Positions 24,157 to 36,683 of a DNA stretch of 64,000 bases are shown piece after piece. A program made the translations under genes and the position numbers. Each line of letters begins with the position of its first letter. Within the stretch, counting starts at the first letter, position 1. The notes below the pieces were generated by a model, which saw nothing but the letters and a program-made list of their open reading frames with translations, had not been told where the DNA came from and did no database searches. This DNA comes from Eledone cirrhosa (lineage: Eukaryota): contig OZ024743.1 in the NCBI GenBank assembly GCA_964016885.1, positions 80,600,001-80,664,000 of the forward strand. The letters are read 5' to 3'.

Positions 24157-27100
24157 TTTCTTTATTGGCCACAAGGGCTGACATCAAGAAAAACAATACA
24201 GACGGCACAGGACGGTACAGGACGGTACGGTGTGGGTTTTGTGCGTGTAAATATTTTTATTATTTATATAAGAAAAGAAAAAAGGACATAGAAACATAAC
24301 TATATATAAACAATAAAAAAGAAAATTGAAACAATGAAAATTTCCCCAATAGGGGGAAAACCTCCGAGGGTTACTCGTGGCGAAAACCACACAAAAGACC
24401 ACGGTCACCCTGACCACCAGAGCAAGCGGCCTCTCTCAATTTTTCCATTTCTCAAACTACAGACATATATTCAGAGCAGTCCCGTTCACTCGGACCATTC
24501 TCGCTACATTCACCCACCTTTCAACAAACTTGCTAGAAGGCAGCACTTGCCTCTCCACCCTGATTTTCCTCTTCAAGTGAAACTTGAAAAAGTTAATCAG
24601 GGATTCGCCGAAGAGGAAAGTGTGTGTCTTTTACCCTTTCAACCTTGTCCACCACACAATCTCTTTCGCCATGACCACCAGGCAGATGAAAACCGCCTGC
24701 CCTTCCTCCTCGAAGGAAGACGACGAGACCATCTGCACAATGGACTTAGTCGATAGCCGGATCAGTCCTACATGCGACAGCAACTGTTCGACATAGCTCC
24801 ACAAGTCAGCAATGCTCGGGCACTGAACGAGTGTGAGCACGACGGTTTCGTCGCTCTGCGCGCATCTCGGACAGGCTCGGCTGAGGCACTTCCGTGCCTG
24901 TAGAGCTTATCTCGAACCTGCAGCGCTCCCCGGTAGCACTGCCAGGAAAGGGATTTTTGGAAGTTATCCATAGGCCCTGGGCTGAAAGTTCTCCGGAAGA
25001 GAGCAAACAGCTGATCTTCGATGCCCAGGATCTCTCCGAGAACGTCGATGCTCTTCCCCTCCACTAGTCCTCTATAGAACGCCGAGGTGGATGTTCCACC
25101 GATACTGGTGCCCAGCTGGCAGAGGGCAGTGAGCGCCTGGAGACATTCCAGTTTCCAAGCGCTATCCCTCGGTCTTTTTCTGACCCAGGACTGCAGCTCC
25201 GTCAAGGAGACGAGCTGTGGGAAACGGGCCTGGTGAACGGCGACCACACCTGTTCACCGTCAAGGAAGCACCAGAGATGTCCAGCCTCAGCGCATGTTTG
25301 CGCATCATCAGCCATGGCATGCTCAGTCCTCCACGCAACGGGTGTTGACAGCAGATGGATCGTCTGACCATGGGAGCGCGTCCCTTCCACAAAAAGCGGA
25401 AGAGGAGGCGCTCCATTTGGTGAGAGTTGGGCCGGAGCAAGGGACGACGGTGAGGCGGTAGCAGATGACGGATGCGATGTACGCATTCGCCACCTCCGCC
25501 CGGCTTTTCAGGGACAGCTTCCTCTCGGCCCATTTCTGGGTGAGGGATGCCACCTTGCTCGTCACCTCATTCCAGTTTTTCTCCATCTGGAGGTCCGGTC
25601 CGAACCAGACCCTGAGCAATTTAACCGGTCCGTCCGTCCAACGCCCCACAACGCTGTCGGACGGCATGGACTTACCTCTCCAGGTGCCGAGCTGCAAGCC
25701 CACCGACTTTTTCTGGTTTATCTTTGCTCCTGTCACCGCTTCGTATTCCTTGTGAGCGGTGCCGAGCATATAGGACGTGTCTGGTGCTCAACACCACCAA
25801 CGTGATGTCGTCGGCGTAAGCTGACTCGGATTTCCCGCATCCTAGTTCGCGTGGGACGCCCCTCATCGCCCCCAGTTTGTGCAGTAACGGCTCGAGAGCC
25901 AAAACATACAAGAGGGATGAGAGGGGACAACCCTGGCGGACTGAGCGCATGATACTGAACGGCTACGACAGGTGACCGTTCACCCTCACAACTGAGCAGA
26001 TGTCGCTGTATATCGCCGCGATCCAACCCCTGAAAACGGGCCCGAAACCGGCTGCCTCGAGGACCGCCGCCAGGTACCGATGGTCGACCATATTGAATGC
26101 TTTGGATTGAACCAAGTTGATCAGGGCCCCACCCGTGCCAGGTTCCTTAACCACCCTCTCTATGATGTATCGCATGAGGTGGAGGTTGTTGTGTATGGAT
26201 CTGTCCGGAATGGCGCATATCTGCGCCTCTCCCACCAGACCCTTGATGACAAGCGCCAACCTCGTTGCTAACACCTTGGCCAAAATCTTGAACTCTGCGT
26301 TTAGAGGGGTTATGGGCCTGAAATTATCGATATCATCCCCCTTGTTCGGGTCTTTTCTCAGCAGCGCCACCGCTCCCCGGCTCACAAAACTGGGAATGCT
26401 CCCGTTCTGCTGCCAGTTGCAGTAGACGTCTGCCAAGAGGTCACCGAACAAGTCTGGCATAAATGCATAAAACTCGTAGGGCAGACCATCCAAACCTGGC
26501 GATTTACTCCTCGTGCAGTTAGCCATCGCTTCCCGTATATCACCGGCTGTTATTGGCTTTTCGCAACACTGTGCTGCGGTCGTCGAGAGCCGAGGCAGTC
26601 CGTCGAGGTATGCACTGAAGTCCATGACCCGATCCGGCTCGCCGCTGCTCCCGAACAGTTCAGCAAAGTACTGCTGAAAAGCTTCACACATCTACTCGGG
26701 TTCGAGCAACACGCACCCGTTTTGGTCAGACAAATACCGAATTGTGGCTTTGTTGCCACGTCGCGCCTCTGCCACTGGGGCCCATTGGACGGCTTTTGTC
26801 CCTTCGTATTTCAGAGCACACGCTATAGCTCTGACAACGCAGCCTTCGTGTTTTGCGTTGAAGAATTGGTCGAGTGACAATCTCGCCGCAAGCACGTCGG
26901 TTGCGATGCCTGTCCTAAACGCCTCTTCTAACTTTCTGACAAGCTTGTCCTCTACTCTATTTTCCTCTATCACTAGTCCTTTGCTAAACCTAATCGACTC
27001 TACTTTAATTGCTCTTTTCAGGGCGAACCACCACCTGTTGTTGACGACCGCTCCCGTCAACGCCCGCTTAACTAATACGCTAATCCGGTCTCTCTAGGCT

Positions 27101-30100
27101 TTGCGCGCCGGGAAAGAGGCGTTCAGCTTCCAGTAACCGGGCCCTTGTCTTTGAAGTCTGTCTATGTCGATCTCACAGATCACAAATTTTTGGTCGGTGT
27201 AGTCGACTATTTTAAATTGTGGACAACTTATACTAGCCTTATCTAGTTCTCTGCAGAATACCCTATCGAGATACGATCTGGATGACCCGATGCGGTTTGT
27301 CCAAGTCCACATTGGCACATTCGGGTGATCCAGTCGATACCTGTCAGACAGTTCAAAACGTCTGAGCAGGTTGGTGAGGCTCTTGCACCCTCCTCCCCTA
27401 TCCACTAGCCCCACACAATCCCAGCGTGCATCCAAGATACCGTTCCAGTCGCCCACTAACACTAAAGAGCGGGACGTTCCAAGAAAGGTCTCTAGACGTC
27501 TGAAGAAATCTGGCCGTCCAGCCCCTGTTGGGGCGTAGACGACTATTAGCCTGAAAGCATTGCCTTCGCTGCCGGTCACGTCCAGCACCACCGACTTACC
27601 TTCTGGGTCTAGGAAGATGGCCCGTATGGCGATATCCAAGCCTCTCCGAAAAAGGACGGCAACCTCTCCCCCCGATCCTGGACGGCTGAGAGATGCGTAT
27701 ACATCGTAGCCGCCGAGGCTCGGTGCGAAGGCTTGTGCTTCGGAGATTCTGGTCTCACTGATGGCCACCACATCTATGTTTAGTGACCTGAGGTCGTTGA
27801 GCAGGTGACCCTGCTTCCGAGATGATCCCAGGCAACGTGCATTTATACTGCCTATTCTGAGTACAGCCATGTTGGATGAGAAACGGGGCAAGTGAGAAAG
27901 GGTCACTTACCTTGATCGTGTGGTGAACGGACAGTAGAACCGTCCCTTTCGCTGGTCATGGGTGTTTCCAAGAGGATGTCAGTGTATATCCTCTTGGTAA
28001 CCAACCCTCTAAAATCTCAAACTGCGTTGGGGAATTTTTGTTTTAAAGGTTTGTACTGTTCTATTGAGATTTCAATGATGCTTATGTTTGTCGGGATAGT
28101 TCTAGGTGTTGGTGGGGTGTAGACTACTACACCCCACCAACACTGTGATGTCTGTGTGCTGCTTTATATATTGTATGAGTTCTTTTTTTGCCATGTTTAT
28201 GACTGTGTACTGTTTGGGGGGAGGGGGATGTTGTTGTTGTTTTCTTCTTGTTGTTTGGTGTGTGTGTTTTGTTTTGTTTGCGTTGTTGGTGCTTTTGGTG
28301 ATACTGGTGGTGGTGTGGTTGTTGTTGTCAGTGGTGCTTGTGGTGGTGTTGCTGCAAGTTTCCTTGCTGCCTTTATCCCTCTTTGTATGGCTTCGCTTTT
28401 GGAGGGTGAATCTAAGGGTTTTTTTTCTTTTTTTTTTGTGGCAGACCGTTTGCCACTTCACTCCCGCCTCAAACTCCATGTCGGATTCCGTGGCGTCTGG
28501 GAGGGGTATGTGCTCCACGGCTGTTGGTGGTGGTAGTGGAGCACTCTTCGACAATTTTGTTGCTGGTGTAGCTACTTCAAATGTAGCTATTGGTGTTGCC
28601 GCCACTGATGCTGCTGCTTTAGTTGTCCGTGGCCTTGGTACGGGTGCCACGGACGTTGCCCTCCTACTCACCGTGGAAGGGGCTTCTGCGTTTGTTGCCT
28701 GTCCTGCTCTTGGTAGCAGCGGACCAGGTATTGGAAGGAGAGGGGCCTTCTTCTTCGCTGTCTTCTGCGGGCAAAAGGCCCTGAGGTGACCCTTCGACCC
28801 ACAGAGATAACATGTCTATTATATCGGGGATAGCGTCGATACATTCCTAGTCAGTTTGTATAAGCATTTGCATGCCTATACCTGACCTGTTCTCGCTCCC
28901 TATTTTCTCTACTTGCATCATGGTCGTCCTGTTCTCGATTCCAGCAAGGACAGACGCAGCCAGCCAAGGTATGGGCACGTCGGATTGGACCTGGGTCACT
29001 TTGACCTTCACAATTTTCTGCCCGCAGTAGGAGGGCACCAAGACTATCTCCTCACTCTTTAGGGTTTCCAACGAGTGAGACTTTGCTTCCTGGGGGTGGC
29101 GAAAAATACGTCTAGTGTGTCGTACTTTCTGCCTCGGGTGATGTGGGTTTTGCGTGCCCAGACGCACCCCAAGGCCATTTGGATTTGAGCCTCCGTGGCT
29201 CTCTCCACCCGATGTGAGATTTTGCTTACGGTGCGGTAATTCACCGTCCGTAGCTGCTGGTCCTTGAACAAATCGGGTGGAGGTTTCAGGGAGACTCTAT
29301 TGGCGCTTCTTGTCACCATGGCCCTTGCGACTGTCATCTCCTCCTCTGTGACTAACACTGTCTCGAGATTTCGGGCGACACCTGCAAAAGAAGTGGTCCC
29401 TTTTTCAGCAGCACCGCTATTGCTGCCGCTACTGGTCTTACTGGTGGTGCTGGGATCGCTGTTACATGTATCGCTGTTACATTTATCGATGTCATTGTTG
29501 ATGTTTTCGTTGGTACAGTTGTTGGTGTTGTTGTTGTTGTTGTTTTCGTTGATACTGTTGCTGTTGTTACTGTTATTGTGGCTGTTGTTATTATTGTTGT
29601 TTTTGTTGATACTGTTCCTACTATTATTGTTGTTGTGTCTGTTGTTATTGTCATTGTTATTGTCGTTCTCGACCTTACCGCTGTTATTTTTGTTATTTTC
29701 GTTCTCGACTTTATCGCTGTTATTTTTGTTGTTGCTGTTGTTATTGATGGTGTTGTTGTTGGTGTTGTTGTTGGTGTTATTGTTGGTGTTGTTTGTGTTA
29801 GAAATATTTGTTAATTTTAAATCCGTAACAATCTTCTTTTCCTTTGTAATATTTTCGTTTATATTTACCTCCACTGGAACGCTGTCTTGTTGACATGCTG
29901 ATAAAGTCTCCCTCTCTCTCTGTTGTCTGACAGCGCTCTCTCTGTTTCTTATGTTATCCATGTTGACATTTTTTTTTTTAAATATTTTTACACAAATACG
30001 ACACCCCGTAAAGGGGTGCCGTATTATTTACGAGTGAACCCCTGTATTAGGTGGGTCACTTCTTCTAAACTTTTATCAAATTTAAAACTTGAATAAAAGG

Positions 30101-30168
30101 TTTAGAACGGTTGAAAACGAGGTAAAACGTTGAAAAAAACTGGAGGCGATAAGAAGCGTGGCTTCACC
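24155..30168 (-). mobile_element. Tx1-like LINE, full length, frameshifted (copy D)
   Basis: ORF1 29961-27903 (poly-N, KYDTLDVFF, CYLCGSKGHLRAFCP); ORF2 27870-24457 (APE, RT YADD, Zn finger) in fragments. Confidence 0.9.
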
Positions 30169-30186
30169 AACAATAATAATAATAAT

Positions 30187-33100
30187 GATTTCATTTATTG
30201 GCCACAAGGGCCGACATATAGGGGACAATACAAAAGACTGGGACAGTGGGGTTTTACAGAAAAATCGAGTAAACAATATGAATAAAGAAAGTAACAATAA
30301 CAAAGTAACAATAAAGTAACAAGAAAATTTACAACAAGAAAACATTCCCCAATAGGGGGGATGACCACCTAGGGTTCGCTCAGGTACCCCACCAGTCCTG
30401 AACGACCCGACGCTTCGAGAGAACCCTGGAAGGGCACCCCTCTCCTCTTCAAATTTACCCACCTACAGCCGCATGACCAGAGTAGGCCCACTCACACGGG
30501 CCATTCTCGCCACATTCACCCACCTTTCAGCAATTGTACTGGGGGGGGGGGGGGGGGCAGCACTTCTCTTTCCACTCTCAGCTTCCTTTCCAAGTGAAAC
30601 TTGAAAAAGTTGATGAGGGATTGGCCGAAGAGAAAAGTGTCTGTCTTCACTCCTTTCAACCTCGTCCACCATACAACCTCTTTCGCTTCTGCCACCAGAC
30701 AGAGGAAAATTGCCTGCCCTTCCTGGCCAAAAGAAGGCGGCGGGTCGATCTTCACTATGGACTCGGCCGATAGCCGAATCCGTTCTACACGCGACAACAG
30801 CTGTTCAACATAACTCCACAAGTCAGTAATGCACGGACACTGGACGAGCGCGTGCAGAACGGTTTCGTCGCTCTGCGCGCATCTCGGGCAGGTCCGTCTG
30901 ACAGCACTTCCGTGCCTGTAGAGTTTATCTCGAACCGGTAGTGCCCCCCGGTAGCACTGCCAAGCGAGGGATTTTTGGAAATTACCCATCGTCCCCGGCT
31001 CAAAAGTCCTCCGGTACAGACTGATTAGTTCGACTTCGTTGACTCCCATAGCCTCTCCGAGTGCGTCGTCGCACTTGCCCACCACTAATCCTCTATAGAA
31101 CTCGAGAGTGGAAGTTCCACTGACCGCATTGCCCGCCTGGTAGAGGGCAGTGAGTGCCTGGCAACATTCCAGATGCCAGTCCACCCAGTCTCGGTCTCTT
31201 CTTGACCCAGGACTACAACTAAGTCAAAGAAACGAGCTGCGGAAAGGCCCGTCTGACAAACGGCGACCACACCTGTTCACCGTTTAAACAGAATATCTGG
31301 AGATGCCGCAGCCTCAGCGCGTGCCTACGCATCATTAGCCACGGCATGCCCAGCCCTCCACGTAGAGGGTGCTGGCAGCAGATGGACCGCCTCACCAGCG
31401 GAACCTGACCCCTCCACAAGAATTTGAAGAGGAACCGCTCCAAGATGGCGAGGCGCGAACGGGGGCAAGGGACGACAGTCAGACGGTAGTAGATGACGGA
31501 CGCGATGTACGCGTTCGCCACCTCCACCCGACCTTTCAGTGATAGCTTCATCCCAGCCCATTTCTGGGTGAGACTGACTACCCTGTCCGTCACCTCATCC
31601 CAATTCTTATCCACCTGGAGGTCTGGCCCGAACCAAACCCCTAGCAACTTTACCGGTCCGTCCGTCCAGCGCCTAACGACGCTGTTGGACGGCATAGACT
31701 TGCCTCTCCAGGTGCCGAGTTGCAAGCCCACTGACTTTTCCGGGTTAAGTTTTGCTCCCGTCAACCTTTCATATTCCTCCAATAAGTTGCCGACCACCTC
31801 GATTTCTGAGGTGTCCGACACCATCACGGTGATGTCGACCGCATAAGCCGACACAACCTTTCCGCGTCCCGGCTCTAGCGGGATGCCCTGCACAGCTCCA
31901 GCTTCCGCAGTAAAGGCTCGAGAGTCAATACTTACAGAAGGGAGGAGAGAGGGCACCCTTGATGGACCGATCGGGAGACCTGAAACGGTTCCGAGAGGTG
32001 GCCATTAATTTTGACCATCGAGCAGGTGCCGCTGTGCATTGCAGCGATCCAGCTTCTGAAGACGGGGCCGAAGCCAGCCGCCTTGAGGACAGCCTCCAGG
32101 TACCGATGGTCGACCCTATCGAATGCTTTCGATTAATCTAAATTGATCAGAGCTCCACAGAAGCCAGGTTTACACCCTACCCTCTCTATGATGTATCGCA
32201 TTAGGTGGAGGTTGTCGTGAATGGACCTGGTTGGGATTGCGCAAGTTTGCGCCTCCCCAACCAAATCCCCGACGACAAGCGCCAACCTCTTCGCTAACAC
32301 CCTGGCCAAAATCTTAAACTCTGTGTTGAGCAGAGTTATGGGCCTGAAATTGTCTAATGTGTCCCTCTTGTTCTCGTCTTTCCTTATCAGCGTCACTATG
32401 CCCCGGCTCACAGAACTGGGAATACTCCCGTTTTGCTGCCAGTTGCAGTAGAGCGCTTCGAGGTGATTGGAGAACAAGTCTGGCATACTTACGTAAAGCT
32501 CGTAGGGCAGACCATCCAAACCGGGTGACTTGCGCCTCATGCAGCCTACAAGGGCATCCTGAATCTCGGCTGAAGTAATTGGCCTTTCGCAGCGCCCAGC
32601 GTCAGCCGTCGAGAGTTGCGGCAAGCCATCGAGGTAGGGACTGAAGTCCGCCACCATCTCTGACCCGCCACTTCCCCCGAACAACCGAGCAAAATGTTGG
32701 CGAAAGGCCCCACACATCCTCTTGGAATCGTTCAGCTCGAGCCCGTCTCGGTCCGTCAAAGACCGAATCGTGGTTTTATTACCACGCTGCGCCTCTGCCA
32801 CGCGGGCCCATCGAACAGCTTTGGTTCCCTCGTTTCTCAGAGCACGCGCCTTAGCTCTGACAATGCAACCTTCGTGTTTCGCATTGAAGAAATGGTCTAA
32901 TGCCATTCTCACCGCTAGCACATCAGTTGCAATTCCACTACCAATAGCCTCGTCTAACTTATCTACCAACTCTCCCTCCTTTCTATTTTTCTCTAATGCT
33001 ACTTCTTTGCTAAACTCTATCGACATTACTCTAATCTCTCTTTTGAGAGCCCCCCACGATCTATTGTTGACGACTCCCCCTGTCAACTTTTTCTTAACTA

Positions 33101-36100
33101 AATTGTTGACCTGGTCCCTGTAAGCCTTACGTGCCGGAAATGACATGTTTAACTTCCAGTAACCAGGTCCTAACCTACGCGTCTTATCTAGGTCAACCAT
33201 ACAGATCACAAACTTGTGATCTGAATAGGCGACCGTTTCAACACGTGGACAGCTTACACTATTTCTGTCTATTTTCCTAATGAATATCCTGTCTATATAC
33301 GATCTAGATGACCCTATGCGGTTAGCCCAGGTCCACACTGGCGCATTAGGGAAATCTAGTCGGTACCTGTCAGACAGTTGGAACTGGCTGATCAGGTTCT
33401 TGAGGCTTTTGCACACACACACACACACACACACCCCCGCTCCTATCGGATACTACCACACAGTCCCAGCATGCGTCTAAGATGCCGTTCCAGTCCCCGC
33501 TAACAGTAAAGGGCGAGAAGTACCCAGAAAGGCTTCCAGGCGTCTAAAGAAGTCCGGCCGTCCTGCCCCAGTAGGAGCATAGACGGCCACAAGTCTAAAG
33601 GCACCACCTCCATTATTGTTCACGTCCAGGACCACCAACTTCCCGTCCGGGTCCCGGAAGATCGACCTTACCTCGAGATCCAGGCCTTTCCAAAACAGCA
33701 CTTCCACCCCGCCTCCCATTCCCGACTGGCTAACAGATGCAAAGATCTGATAGTCGTCGAAAATGGGGGCTAGTGCGCGCGTGTCGGAAATCCTGGTCTT
33801 GCTGACTGCAATTACATCCATTTCTATAGACCTGAGGTCGTTGAGCAGGTGACCCTGCTTCCAGGACGTCCCAGGCCTCGAACATTTAAACATCCTACTC
33901 TTAATACGGCCATGTTGGCAGGTTAAACAGAGAGAGGAAGGTTTACTTACCTTCCGGGCTCTTGTGAAGGTCAGGTTGTTCGACCTCCATAGTTAGTGGG
34001 GTTTCTTTTGGGAACCCCTTTAAAAGTCTTGAAGTGGGTTTTACGTTCGGGGTTCCCACGTCCAGAGGAAAGCTGTCTCGTATTTCTTTGAATATGTCGA
34101 GCGACATTCGCACCAGAACCAAATCTTCCGGCACTCGAAATGTGCTCGATTTAAACATTTCCCCCTCTTTTTGTATATTTTTCACTTCGTGCTACGAGGG
34201 CCATCAGTTCCTTGTTGGCCCTCCTGAGGAGCACGAAGTTTTGTATGTTTTGTTGGTGTGATTTTATTTGTTTGCGTGGCTATGGTGGTGATGGTTTTGG
34301 TGGTGTTGTTTCGGTTGTATCTGTGTTTGTTGTGAGTGCGATGTCTGTGGTTTCAGATGTTTGTGTGTATATTTGTTCTTGCGTCTGTTTCGGTTGTTTG
34401 CATTTGGGGGATTCTGGTGATGGTGATGGTGGTGTTGATGTTGGTGTTATTGGAGAGATGTTTGCGTGGGTGGTGTCTGCGTTTTTTATTGTGGGTGCTT
34501 TTGTGCTTTGTTGAGTTTTTTTTTTTCTTTTTGTGTTTCCTTTTTTCTATTTTGGGGGATTTGGGATTTCCCTCATCTTCACTACTGGTAGATGAGGGGT
34601 CTGTGTCTGTAAGTGTGTTTGTATGTATGTTTAAGGTTTTATTGGTGTGTGTATTTTTGGAGGGAGGGGGAATTTGACAGCTTTCCTCGTTTCCCCCCTG
34701 GGTGGTCAATGTTGGTGGTGTTTTTTCTATTGGTGTTGTTGTTGGTGGTTTTGCCGGTGCAGGTGTTGGTTGTGGTCCTCGCCCCGGCGTCGGCAGCAGT
34801 GGAGCCTTTCGACCCCTTGCCTCTTTCAGCAGTTGAGGGCAGAAGGCTCGCAAATTGGTTTTTTCCCCACAAACAAAACACTGCGGCCTTTTGCCTTCGG
34901 TCATAATGTGAATGACAGTCCCATTCTGAAGTCGGATATGGTCTGGGATTGTCTTCACATTCTCGGGCCTGATCTGGAGAAGGATCTCCAGGTCAACCCC
35001 GGACCAGTCCTCTCTGGCCGTTCTGGTCACTTCTATAGGGACTGTATCCGTCCCCTCCACAATCACACATCCCAGAAGCCACCACATGTCAAGTCCTCGT
35101 GGGATTCTGGGAATGCGGAGACGGGCCGTTCTTTTTCCCATGTGGGAGGGGTACATTATGACCTTGCTGGTTTTGCAAGGAGTCATGGCGTGTTTCATCG
35201 CGAGGGCTTCTGACTTGAACAACACCGAAATGGTGCCGTACTGTCTGCCCCTCTCTATGTACTGGGTGTCTTCTTTGATGCACCTCAGCGCGACTTCGAT
35301 ATCTTCTTGTGGGATTAACGCTGCCCTTTTGGTTTGTGCTAAGATGCATCTATAATGCACCGTTTTGCGCTCCACTGCCTCAATAGCTTCTACCGGGACA
35401 GTTAAGGTGGCCCAAGTTTGCTCTTGCTTGATGAGCTTCCATGCCTGGGCCAACTTTTCATCTTTGTTTGAGAGGTCCATGTTGAAGCATGGCCTCTTTT
35501 TTGCTGCTGCCGCAGCGAAAGTAGTCTTGTTTTCGTTGGGGGTGTTGTTGACGTTGTTCTTGTTGGTGTTGTTGTTAGCACTGTCGCTGTTATCATTGTT
35601 GTCTTTGCTGCCACCCTTGTTCTCGGTGCAGTTGGTATTGTTGCTGTTGGTGTTGTCGCTATTTGTTTTCGTGTGAGTTGTGTTGATATTGTTGTTGTAT
35701 TTGTTATTTTTTTTTTTGTTATCTGTATTTTCGTTGTCGCTGTTACTGTCATTTTTTTCAAAATTAGAGTTCTTATTGGTATCATTGGTGTCTTTGTTTA
35801 CATTGTTTGTGATGGTGTTTGTGTTATCAATGTGTGTTAATTTCGCTGTAGCGCTCCTCTCAACTTCTACGTCGTTGTCGCACGACAGCCGACATATCGC
35901 TGGGAGGGAGGGGGGGCGTGGCTCAGCCATTTGTTTTTCTTCGTAAATTTTTTAACTTGTAAAAAAAAGTTCAAATATTTGGGCCAAAAGGCCCAAATAT
36001 TAAACTTTCCCCTTCACGGGGCAAAGTCTAAGGGCTTATATCCCTTACACAACAAGAAATATTTAAAAACAAATAATATAAACAGGCAAATAAAGCGACT

Positions 36101-36134
36101 TACTGTGAGCGAGCAAAATACGTCCGCTTAGACC
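30187..36134 (-). mobile_element. Tx1-like LINE, full length, frameshifted (copy E)
   Basis: ORF1 35930-33943; ORF2 33913-30463 in fragments; (CA)n expansion at 33412-33433 inside the APE domain. Confidence 0.9.
33943..35930 (-). pseudogene. Tx1-like ORF1 (N-rich region, RRM-like domain, CCHC-type knuckle, basic patch), frameshifted near the 3' end
   Basis: 525-aa ORF 34353-35930 with QYGTISVLF and CFVCGEKTNLRAFCP; tail ORF 33943-34185. Confidence 0.8.
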
Positions 36135-36160
36135 AATAATAATAATAATAATAATAATAA

Positions 36161-36664
36161 TTCTGAGAAGTGGTATGAGCATAAGCCAGAGTCGGTGATA
36201 GAAAACGATCAGGTGAAGGTGCTGTGGGATTTTAGGATACAGACGGACAAGAAATTGGAACACAATAGACCTGACCTGGTGGTTTTAGACAAGGAAAAAA
36301 GATCGTGCCTGATTGTGAATGTAGCCTGCCCATTCGACACAAGAGTGCAAGAGAAGGAGAGGGAGAAAATTAACCGATACCAGGACTTAAAGTGGGAGGT
36401 AAAAAGGATTTGGAACTACCATGAAGTCAAAGTGGTCCCGATTGTCATAGGCGCACTAGGTACTATCTCAAAGAGTTTCCAAGGATGGTTAAAGAAAATT
36501 GGTCCCGCCCCGCTTTTTGGAACACTTCAAAAGGCATGCTTGCTGGGAGCAGCAAGAACCCTCCGATACGTCCTGAATATCTGAGGTTGCAGGTAGTGGC
36601 TTCTTGATATTCATTTCAACAAACTTTCCAGTTAAATAACATCAATGACTGAAACTCAAAGAAC
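36161..36664 (+). mobile_element. R4/Dong-like family B, short 5'-truncated copy
   Basis: RLE C-terminus (HNRPDLVV..KINRYQDL) and 3' UTR matching 44300-44797; (AAT)n on both sides. Confidence 0.9.
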
Positions 36665-36683
36665 AATAATAATAATAATAATA

